From the NCBI GenBank assembly GCA_027717645.1, contig JALLOG010000001.1:1951-65950 (forward strand): a stretch of 64,000 nucleotides of DNA, given 5' to 3'. The notes under the pieces are model-generated. The model saw only the letters and a program-made list of their open reading frames with translations, had not been told where the DNA came from and made no database searches. How positions within the stretch are numbered: the first letter of the stretch is position 1; each line of letters begins with the position of its first letter. Shown piece by piece: positions 51,629 through 59,220 of this stretch. The stretch is from Desulfobacterota bacterium AH_259_B03_O07. Its GTDB lineage: Bacteria; Desulfobacterota_D; UBA1144; Nemesobacterales; CSP1-2. The position numbers were made by a program, and so were the translations under genes.

Positions 51629-51802
51629 TTAACTCCCATTGTTTTTGTTTAATTCTTCGATGGTTGCTAAATACGATTTTATTGCATCTCTTATCTTTTC
51701 TAAAGCTTCTTCTGAATCTCCCTGCGACCAGCAACCACGTAATCCAGGACACCAAACAGAGTAACCCTCGTCGGTCTTTTTGAGATTGACCTTATATCTC
51801 AT
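51629..51802 (-). CDS. HicB-family (UPF0150) antitoxin-like protein, 57 aa, no HicA partner seen
   Basis: My translation: MRYKVNLKKTDEGYSVWCPGLRGCWSQGDSEEALEKIRDAIKSYLATIEELNKNNGS. AAGGAG RBS upstream. Confidence 0.65.
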   Translation of the reverse strand: MRYKVNLKKTDEGYSVWCPGLRGCWSQGDSEEALEKIRDAIKSYLATIEELNKNNGS

Positions 51803-51965
51803 AACGTATACTCCTTAATGTCTTTGTAGATGAAGTTAATATCTTAGCAATTTTATTAGACTTAAACGAGCTGATTTTATACGGCTTGCTAAAGTGTTTC
51901 TATTTTCATTTTACTGCATAATACTAGGTTTAAGTTTTCCGAAGCAATCCGTACAACAAAGTCTA

Positions 51966-52412
51966 ATGGATCGTTGGCGTGGCGCTATTAAATTAAAAAT
52001 ATGGTTTCTTTTAGGATTACTCGGAATTATACCACTTTTAAATCAGGGTTCTTATACGTTTAGTCCGATGGGGGATGTAGTGGTACCATTAGTTAGACAA
52101 ATTCATGTACCTCCTGGAACAGTTGCTTATGTTACGGGTGAGCTTAAGGCAACCGAAGCTTATTCAGTATCTGACGTATGGATAGCAACAGAGAAAGCGG
52201 TTGACGAGATGCAATTGGTTGTGACGGATAAAGAGCACGACGTTACCGCAGGAAGACTTGATGCCTATACTGCTGATAATAAGAAGGCACGCATAAGCCT
52301 GAAGAGACAAGGTGATAACATTACCGAAATTACGATTCGAATTGGGATATTCGGAGACGAAGAACTATCTCGTTTTATTTTATCCAAGATACAGAGGAAT
52401 TTAAAAGGATAA
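51966..52412 (+). CDS. DUF3568-like protein (copy B), lipobox Cys and ancestral ATG lost
   Basis: The ancestral ATG AAA TTA is now ATT AAA TTA, and LLNQGC is now LLNQGS. A new upstream ATG (MDRWRGAIKLKIW...) keeps the ORF open. Confidence 0.55.
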   Translation: MDRWRGAIKLKIWFLLGLLGIIPLLNQGSYTFSPMGDVVVPLVRQIHVPPGTVAYVTGELKATEAYSVSDVWIATEKAVDEMQLVVTDKEHDVTAGRLDAYTADNKKARISLKRQGDNITEITIRIGIFGDEELSRFILSKIQRNLKG

Positions 52413-52445
52413 TCGCTATTATTACTGCTGTTCTAAGATATATAT

Positions 52446-52640
52446 TCAATTCTTTGATCCTAGTTCGTTTAGATCATTTAAAGCTAGGGTTATTGTTCCA
52501 TACCAATCTATATAGTCATCAATCCGGTTTTCAATAAATTCTATTTCTTTATCTGTTAGTTCTCTGTCTAGTTCCTGATCAGCTACATTTTGTAAGTCTT
52601 CGACATTGATGGAATAAACTATCCTTTCTCTTGCACTCAT
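52446..52640 (-). CDS. small acidic protein, family copy 3 (64 aa)
   Basis: MSARERIVYSINVEDLQNVADQELDRELTDKEIEFIENRIDDYIDWYG... with a GGAGGT RBS. It lies 76 nt downstream of the EVE-nuclease gene. Confidence 0.65.
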   Translation of the reverse strand: MSARERIVYSINVEDLQNVADQELDRELTDKEIEFIENRIDDYIDWYGTITLALNDLNELGSKN

Positions 52641-52716
52641 GGTTTTATACCTCCATTGTTACGAGTTTAATATTTAACTCATAGTTGTAGTCAGCAAGAT
52701 GCACACTTTCATAAAA

Positions 52717-53586
52717 TTATCTTTTAAAAATACCTAGAGCTCGCTCCAAATCTTTGTAATCCCTTTTCTTTTCAAGCAACTCCTTAATTGAGGTGATATC
52801 AATAAATCGCATTTGATCTGCTACTTCGTGAAAGGTTCCCGATAGCAATTCCTCGTACTTGCTCTTATCACCCATGGTTGCAACCAGAAAAATATGACTA
52901 TTCCAAAGGTCGAAAGCATGTTTAAGTTTAGCCATCGCATGATAAATGTCTCCACCGATTTGTACTTCGAACACAAACGTGGGAACCGAACGCTCGACCC
53001 TGCGCCAAACAACATCAAGGCGTGTACTTTCTAGTGCATACTCCTCATCAGCAATGTAGCCTTGAACACGACCTATCTCTGCCAAATAAGCTTTTAAATC
53101 ATCATGTTTAATTGCGCCGGGCTCAGTTGTAGCTCTGTCTGCGACTATGGGCAAAATGGTAGTTTCGGTTAGAGGCTTTAAATCCAAGGCAACTCTTGCA
53201 GCATTTACTTCTTCAATAGGGTAGCACTGAAAGACCATTCTGCTTATCATCTGTAAATCATGTGAGGTATATCTGCGAGACTTCCATAAGCTGGGGGGAA
53301 GACAATACTCAATATCGAATTCAAAGCGGAGCGGCCAAATTACTTCATTTCTCTTTATTTCATCTGGCCAGAGAGGATTCGTCTGTCTGAACTTTGTCAC
53401 CACATGTCCAAAACCAATTATTCCATGTACTGGTTTGGACACGTAGAAAAGCAAACCATCTCCTTCACGGAGCATGCTCCACAAAGACCTGAGCTCTCGA
53501 AAATCCTTTAATCCCCAAAGGTTGCTATTTTCAAAAGCTACTTTCCAGTTTTTCTCAGATCCGACTACAAGCCAGAATTGATGCAT
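52717..53586 (-). CDS. EVE/PUA-like domain fused to a PD-(D/E)xK-like (restriction-endonuclease-fold) domain
   Basis: N-terminus: FWLVVGSEKNWKVAFENSNLWGLKD...LREGDGLLFYVSKPVHGIIGFGHVV...VIWPLRFEF. C-terminus: EYALESTRLDVVWRR-x9-FVFEVQIGGDIYHAMAKLKHA (E186, D191, E207-x-Q209). Confidence 0.55.
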   Translation of the reverse strand: MHQFWLVVGSEKNWKVAFENSNLWGLKDFRELRSLWSMLREGDGLLFYVSKPVHGIIGFGHVVTKFRQTNPLWPDEIKRNEVIWPLRFEFDIEYCLPPSLWKSRRYTSHDLQMISRMVFQCYPIEEVNAARVALDLKPLTETTILPIVADRATTEPGAIKHDDLKAYLAEIGRVQGYIADEEYALESTRLDVVWRRVERSVPTFVFEVQIGGDIYHAMAKLKHAFDLWNSHIFLVATMGDKSKYEELLSGTFHEVADQMRFIDITSIKELLEKKRDYKDLERALGIFKR

Positions 53587-53631
53587 TACTATGACCTAAG
53601 GTATTATGTTAAAATTTAGTTTACAAAATGC

Positions 53632-54945
53632 TCAGATATATTCTCCTTTATATGCCCAATCTAATAATTCGATTGGATGGACCGTTTTAATATTTAGGCC
53701 TTCTTGTTTGATCCCTTTTTGAATCTGGAGTAGGCAGCCTGGATTTCCAGCAACAAGCAACTCAGCGTTGGTTTCTTTCAGATTTTCGATCTTACGATTA
53801 AGCAATTTTTCTGACATCTCAGGTTCAATTAGGTTGTAAATTCCTGCACTTCCACAACACAGCTCTGATTCTGGCATCTCGACAAATTCTATACCAGGTA
53901 TTTGTTTAATTATTTCTCTTGGTTGGATTTTTATCCGCTGGGCATGGGCGATATGGCATGCGTCCTGGTATGTCACTCTACATTTTAATCTTTTTAATTC
54001 TCCACTAAGGCCTATTTCCGATAAAAATTCCATTACGTCTTTCGTTTTCTGGCTTATCTTTTCCGCCCGATTAGCGTAGTTGGGGTCATCTTTTAGGATT
54101 TCTCCATATTCCTTCATTGCGGAACCACATCCAGCGGAGTTTACAATTATTGTATCAACACCATGTTTTTCAAATACGTCTATATTAGATCGGGCGAAGT
54201 TACGTGCTTCAGATATTCTTCCTGAATGAAGAGAAAGTGCACCACAGCAGCCTTGATTCCCGGGAACGATTACCTCACAACCGTTTTCCGATAAAACTCT
54301 AATAGTAGCCTCATTTGTTTTGGGAAAGAGAATACTCTGAACACATCCGGTAAGAGTTGCAACTCTATGGCGTTTTGTTCCTTTAGCTGGCATAAAATTA
54401 GGCATAGATGAAAATAAATTTGAGGAATTAATTTGAGGTAACATTAGATCCATTGTGGCCAGTTTCTTAGAAAGCTTGAGGAGAATCCCAGTAGACTCGA
54501 CCAAGCGCCTGAGTCCAGTTGCTTGATACAAATAAAGAAATGGAAGAAGAAATCGGAGTCTCTTGGGATAAGGAAAAATGGAAAATAATATAGCACGTTG
54601 AAGCTTATCGGTAATAGGTCTTTCGTAACGTCTTTCAATTTGTGATCTTGCGGCTTCTATAAGCCTTGAATAATCAACTCCAGATGGACATGCTGGCTCA
54701 CATGCCATACAGCCAAGACACATGTCCAGATGTTTAACTAAAGATCCACCCATGGGGATCTTTCCCTCTAAGGCTGATTTCATGAGATAAATTCTCCCTC
54801 TGGGAGAATCAAGTTCATTTCCCGTTTCTAAATATGTAGGACAGGCAGAAAGACAGAATCCACAATGCACGCAGTCTTTAATGAAGTCCATGCTAGGTGT
54901 GTCAATTTCATCAAATGCTTGAAAGTTTGTAGTTTTCTCTTCCAT
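53632..54945 (-). CDS. glcF: glycolate oxidase iron-sulfur subunit
   Basis: CVHCGFCLSACPTY and CLGCMACEPACPSG ferredoxin motifs, plus two CCG-type domains (CCGSAG). Confidence 0.88.
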   Translation of the reverse strand: MEEKTTNFQAFDEIDTPSMDFIKDCVHCGFCLSACPTYLETGNELDSPRGRIYLMKSALEGKIPMGGSLVKHLDMCLGCMACEPACPSGVDYSRLIEAARSQIERRYERPITDKLQRAILFSIFPYPKRLRFLLPFLYLYQATGLRRLVESTGILLKLSKKLATMDLMLPQINSSNLFSSMPNFMPAKGTKRHRVATLTGCVQSILFPKTNEATIRVLSENGCEVIVPGNQGCCGALSLHSGRISEARNFARSNIDVFEKHGVDTIIVNSAGCGSAMKEYGEILKDDPNYANRAEKISQKTKDVMEFLSEIGLSGELKRLKCRVTYQDACHIAHAQRIKIQPREIIKQIPGIEFVEMPESELCCGSAGIYNLIEPEMSEKLLNRKIENLKETNAELLVAGNPGCLLQIQKGIKQEGLNIKTVHPIELLDWAYKGEYI

Positions 54946-54953
54946 TTTAGTAT

Positions 54954-55724
54954 TTATTCATTATGGATTGACAATTCAAGTTTTTCATAATCGCATTCAT
55001 TCAACTTTTGTCTGAGTTCTTCATCGTCAGTGAAGGTCTTTTGATTTAGTCTTCTTCCGCCGATTTGAAATCTAAGTAATGGCTGGGAAAATGGATAAGG
55101 ATTAATCGTAGAGTTTTTACCGTCACCTGATTTCAGGCTGAGTTTTAACACTGAGCCGTTATAGTTTAGAGGCACGTCTCTGATTTCAATAGAAGTCCAG
55201 CCGTGACAAAGTGCAAGTGATATTATATCGCCAATTTGTACAAAGCTTAGATTGATAGTGGCTTGGATTGGCAACGGGCCCAAGTCTGAATTTAACATTT
55301 TTACATTCAAGTTATTTGCTATAAATTGATTCATTTCTTTTTTCAATATTTTAGCTTCACTATTGCTGTGATTTTTATCAATTATCTTTTGATTAAATTT
55401 TCTAAAATGAAGTGCTATCAGGGCTGAGGCATATGGATGTTCTGCTGAATATCTTCTAAGGCTTCGTTTCCATATTGTTTCCTGATCGGGGAAATTCATT
55501 TCCATGAAGTTCATGGGAAATCGATTTTCAGGGTATACCTTGGGTAACGCGTCCCATTCGATCCATCCATTATCGTGTTGCCTTGTTGCAAATAATACTT
55601 CATCATGCGGAGCCGGTGTTTCAAAAGCGGTATTCCCCCAGTATTTCAATATTTCGCCTGAAAGCTCCGCATGGTCATGTTGACTGATAACAAACCAACC
55701 CTGATTATCATTTCGTCTAATCAT
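54954..55724 (-). CDS. DUF3891-like protein
   Basis: MIRRNDNQGWFVISQHDHAELSGEI...RQHDNGW. Family assignment is from memory. Confidence 0.55.
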   Translation of the reverse strand: MIRRNDNQGWFVISQHDHAELSGEILKYWGNTAFETPAPHDEVLFATRQHDNGWIEWDALPKVYPENRFPMNFMEMNFPDQETIWKRSLRRYSAEHPYASALIALHFRKFNQKIIDKNHSNSEAKILKKEMNQFIANNLNVKMLNSDLGPLPIQATINLSFVQIGDIISLALCHGWTSIEIRDVPLNYNGSVLKLSLKSGDGKNSTINPYPFSQPLLRFQIGGRRLNQKTFTDDEELRQKLNECDYEKLELSIHNE

Positions 55725-55738
55725 ACTAATTAAATTAC

Positions 55739-57085
55739 TTAGATTCCTCCCACAAATCTTCCGGGATTCATGATGGAATTAGGATCGAACCGGGATTTTA
55801 ATTTTTTCATAATGTTTAATGAAGATCCTATTTCGCCCCATACATCTATCTGGGATTTAAGCACTTGTGGTGCTTGTTGGATTAATATCGTGCCTTTTAA
55901 AGAACCTACTAAATCTCTAAGCGAAGCGGTTGCTTCGATTAACTTTGATGTTTCTCCTTCTATAGAGATTATTAAAATTCCATTACCCGCTCGTACGGAT
56001 GCATAAATCACTGCTCCTAATTTTCTTGATAATTCCTCCAACAACTCCAATACCTTGGGAATATCAGTAATTAGAACACTTGATTTACAAACAGTCCTGT
56101 TATTTTCTGTTTTTATCCATGGAAACTCCCTGATTTCATTCCAGAATCTTTCTTCCGAATTACCCTCAAGTAGTATTGAACCACTGCTTTTCTCACTGTA
56201 AATATCCCGCAGCTTGGATACATGACTCTTTACCGCTTTTTCAACATTTTCCAATCTTACGGCGAGACTAAATTCACCTTTCTTTAGATCGAGGTTTAGT
56301 TTATCAGAAATTGAATCGCTGAGAGTCAAATTCACAAGCTCCAAGCATGTAGGTGTTAGAGCAGAGTTTAGTATTGAGAGAACAGTTTCATGAGCCGTCT
56401 GTAGTCTTGGGAAGTTAACGAGATAAGTTTGGGAAAATTTAGGGATCGGATATAGACGGAACGTTGCTTCGATTATTATCCCAAGGGTACCTAGCGAGCC
56501 GACAAATAGTTTTGGCAGGTCATAACCGGCTACGCTTTTTACCACCTTTGCTCCGCCTTTGACTATATTTCCATCTGGCCTTATTACCTTTATACCCAAT
56601 ATTAGTTCTCTCATGGTACCGTGAACTGTACCGTGCCTTAGTCTTTTGGGACCGCTATCATTGGTAGCTATTATTCCTCCTATAGTGGCTCCTTTTTCCA
56701 AGTGAGGTGGATCAATCGGAAGAGTCTGGTTCTTCTCCCGAAGAGATTTTTGAAATTCTTTCAATGATATTCCACACTGGGTTGTAGCTACAAGATCTGA
56801 TTCTTCATGCTCTAGTATCTGATTCAGTTTATTAGTGCATAAAACAACATCGACTTTATTAGGTAGGTTGCCCAATTTGATCTTTGTCCCTCCACCCCAT
56901 GGGACAACAGCCAGGGAGTCACGGTTTGCAATTTTGATAATTTCGGATATTTCTTCTAGTGTATTAGGTAGCGCTACAAGATTGGGTTTTTTGCCATCCA
57001 CGGAATATTTTTCAATTTCCGGGGATTCGTCTAGAAAGTAATTAGGACTAACGATTTTGATAATTTCATTGAGTGATTCAGACAT
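55739..57085 (-). CDS. glcE: FAD-binding (PCMH) oxidoreductase, glycolate oxidase GlcE-like subunit
   Basis: VVPWGGGTKIKLG and MNPGRFVGGI C-terminus. Lies between glcD and glcF. Confidence 0.75.
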   Translation of the reverse strand: MSESLNEIIKIVSPNYFLDESPEIEKYSVDGKKPNLVALPNTLEEISEIIKIANRDSLAVVPWGGGTKIKLGNLPNKVDVVLCTNKLNQILEHEESDLVATTQCGISLKEFQKSLREKNQTLPIDPPHLEKGATIGGIIATNDSGPKRLRHGTVHGTMRELILGIKVIRPDGNIVKGGAKVVKSVAGYDLPKLFVGSLGTLGIIIEATFRLYPIPKFSQTYLVNFPRLQTAHETVLSILNSALTPTCLELVNLTLSDSISDKLNLDLKKGEFSLAVRLENVEKAVKSHVSKLRDIYSEKSSGSILLEGNSEERFWNEIREFPWIKTENNRTVCKSSVLITDIPKVLELLEELSRKLGAVIYASVRAGNGILIISIEGETSKLIEATASLRDLVGSLKGTILIQQAPQVLKSQIDVWGEIGSSLNIMKKLKSRFDPNSIMNPGRFVGGI

Positions 57086-57155
57086 TCAAAATAAGATATT
57101 TTAACCTTTGATAATGTAAATAAATTTTTGTATTGAATCTGATTATACTTAATTT

Positions 57156-58643
57156 CTAATACATTTCTCCCAAGCCAGCCTTTTCTACTGGATGGACTCT
57201 GTATGATTTCCTTCCTTGTTCCACACAGGTGCGTGGAGTGGGGAATAACTTTCCTGGATTACATAGCCCTTGCGGGTCAAATGTACAGCGAATGAGGTTC
57301 ATTGTGTCTAAGTCCTTCTCATCAAACATTAGTGAAATAAATTTCTTTTTATCGTATCCAACTCCATGCTCTCCAGTTATGCTACCGCCCACATCAACAC
57401 AAACCTTAAGAATATCAACTGCTAACTCTTCTGTTTTCTCTGCCTCTTCCTCTTTTGAAGAGTCATAAAGAATGAGAGGGTGTAAGTTGCCATCCCCTGC
57501 ATGAAAGACATTTGCCACACGTAGCCCATACTTTTTGCTTAAATTTTTTATTTCTCCAAGAACTTCGGCGAGCTTGCTCCTGGGAATAACACCGTCTTGG
57601 ACATAATAATCAGGACTTACTCTGCCCATAGCTGCAAAGGCACTTTTTCTCCCTTTCCAAAATAGATCCCTTTCTTCAGTGTCCTTTGCGATTCTTATTT
57701 CTTTTGCTCTGTTTTCATTAAATACCTCCATCACAAGCGGCATCTGGGCTTCAATTTCGTCGATTGGACCATCCAATTCAACTAGGAGAATTGCCTTTGC
57801 ATTTTCGGGATAACCTGCCTGAACAGCCTTGTTGACCGACTGTATACATAAGTAATCCATTATCTCCATTCCAGCGGGAATTATCCCTTTTGCGGTTATT
57901 CCAGATACAGATGCTCCAGCATCTTCAATCCTATCAAATGAAGCTAAAAAGGTTTTGATCTCTTCAGGTTTTCTTATAATCCTCAAAGTAACTTTAGTAA
58001 CTATTCCTAAAAGGCCTTCTGAACCAACAAATAATCCGACTAGATCATAGCCTGGATGATCAAGCGTTTTTCCACCAAATTCTACTATCTCCCCATCAGG
58101 AAGTACTACCTCGAGGCTTAGAATATGGTTAGTCGTAACACCGTATTTTATACAGTGAACCCCGCCTGAATTTTCGGCGACATTACCACCTATAGTACAA
58201 ACACTTTGACTCGATGGGTCTGGAGCATAATAATAGTCATTTCTGTTTATTGCATCCGAAACCCAAAGATTAACTACTCCTGGCTCTACGACGACCCGCT
58301 GATTTGGGATATCAATCTCTAATATATGATTCATTCGAGCAAGGGTGATTACTATTCCTTCTTCGGTTGGAAGGGCACCACCTGATAGCCCAGTTCCAGC
58401 GCCTCTTGGAACAAAGGGGATATTTTCTTTATTACATAGCTTAATAACTTCAGAAACCTGTTTTGTTGACCTTGGAAGGACTACAAAAATTGGTTTAATA
58501 CTGTATGCCGTCAGTGCATCACATTCGTAAGCGATAAGTTCATCTTGAGAGGATATAACACCCTCTTCACTTAAAATCTGAACTAACTTACCACAAAATT
58601 TATTTTTCCACTCTGTCGATTCAATTTCTGGTTTAGTATTCAT
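57156..58643 (-). CDS. glcD: FAD-linked glycolate oxidase subunit GlcD
   Basis: FVPRGAGTGLSGGALP, HAGDGNLHP, GSITGEHGVG. Confidence 0.88.
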   Translation of the reverse strand: MNTKPEIESTEWKNKFCGKLVQILSEEGVISSQDELIAYECDALTAYSIKPIFVVLPRSTKQVSEVIKLCNKENIPFVPRGAGTGLSGGALPTEEGIVITLARMNHILEIDIPNQRVVVEPGVVNLWVSDAINRNDYYYAPDPSSQSVCTIGGNVAENSGGVHCIKYGVTTNHILSLEVVLPDGEIVEFGGKTLDHPGYDLVGLFVGSEGLLGIVTKVTLRIIRKPEEIKTFLASFDRIEDAGASVSGITAKGIIPAGMEIMDYLCIQSVNKAVQAGYPENAKAILLVELDGPIDEIEAQMPLVMEVFNENRAKEIRIAKDTEERDLFWKGRKSAFAAMGRVSPDYYVQDGVIPRSKLAEVLGEIKNLSKKYGLRVANVFHAGDGNLHPLILYDSSKEEEAEKTEELAVDILKVCVDVGGSITGEHGVGYDKKKFISLMFDEKDLDTMNLIRCTFDPQGLCNPGKLFPTPRTCVEQGRKSYRVHPVEKAGLGEMY

Positions 58644-58707
58644 TTTGGGTCAGGAGTTCCTATGTATCTAACAACCATTATATCACAATGGATGGTTTTA
58701 AAATAAT

Positions 58708-58732
58708 GGTTAGTCCACCAGTTTTGCTGGTT
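58708..58732 (+). repeat. direct repeat 1 of TTTTAAAA-N4-GnTAGnCCACCAGT motif
   Basis: GGTTAGTCCACCAGTTTTGCTGGTT preceded by TTTTAAAATAAT. Confidence 0.6.
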
Positions 58733-58740
58733 CTTTTTTA

Positions 58741-58764
58741 TGTAGGAGCGGCCCCCCCTTTGAT
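58741..58764 (+). repeat. degenerate, stem-less copy of the REP-like element
   Basis: TGTAGGAGCGGCCCCCCCTTTGAT keeps the flanks but has no complementary stem. Confidence 0.5.
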
Positions 58765-58811
58765 GAGACTCAGGATAGCCCAGCTGTGGATTACAAATCT
58801 TAAACGTAGCG

Positions 58812-58862
58812 GAGGACTTTAGTCCTTCACTTCTTAGTCACCCTGAACTCGTTTCAGGGTCT
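58812..58862 (+). repeat. double-hairpin element, copy B
   Basis: GAGGACtttaGTCCTT ... ACCCTGAActcgTTTCAGGGT. Aligns with 31549-31600. Confidence 0.75.
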
Positions 58863-58973
58863 AAAAACTGTGACGCTTAATCAAGCTTGTCCTGAATTTA
58901 TTTCTGGGTTCGGTATGATGAACATTACTTTCTGTCATCTCGAATGAACATGAGGAGTCTTATTTTAAAAGAA

Positions 58974-58995
58974 GATAGTCCACCAGTTCCCTCGG
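58974..58995 (+). repeat. direct repeat 2 of the CCACCAGT motif
   Basis: GATAGTCCACCAGTTCCCTCGG preceded by TTTTAAAAGAA. Confidence 0.55.
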
Positions 58996-59141
58996 CCCGG
59001 TTTTCGACCCTTTGATCTTTCGATACAACTGAGGACTCAGGGTTTAATACGGGCTCGGGACGAAGGCTTGCGGGTTGATTCAAATCATTTAATGAGCAAG
59101 ACTCGTGATCTACCCTGAAGAGGAATCTATTTTTAAAATTT

Positions 59142-59166
59142 GGTAGACCACCAGTCTTGCTGGTGG
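59142..59166 (+). repeat. direct repeat 3 of the CCACCAGT motif (hairpin CCACCAGtcttgCTGGTGG)
   Basis: GGTAGACCACCAGTCTTGCTGGTGG preceded by TTTTAAAATT. It explains the spurious MVDHQSCWW extension of ORF 59140. Confidence 0.6.
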
Positions 59167-59220
59167 ATTAGTGATGAGCATTTTTTTCCGTGGAACTATA
59201 TTATAATTTATATTAAGGAT

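Noticed and set aside
51629-51802. Frameshift in the HicB-like gene
   Set aside because: On first pass I read four T residues at 51777-51781. Recounting against the line labels gives five (AAAAAG), and the 57-codon frame is intact.
58708-59166. CRISPR-like array from the three CCACCAGT direct repeats
   Set aside because: There are only three imperfect copies. Spacing is irregular (266 and 168 nt), repeat ends are unequal, there are no cas genes, and the spacers contain other repeat families.
59140-59220. N-terminal 27 residues of tracked ORF 59140..60351 (MVDHQSCWWISDEH...)
   Set aside because: This part is the translation of a repeat hairpin (GGTAGACCACCAGTCTTGCTGGTGG). The real start is ATG 59221, which is preceded by AAGGA and followed by the amidohydrolase DSHTHL motif.
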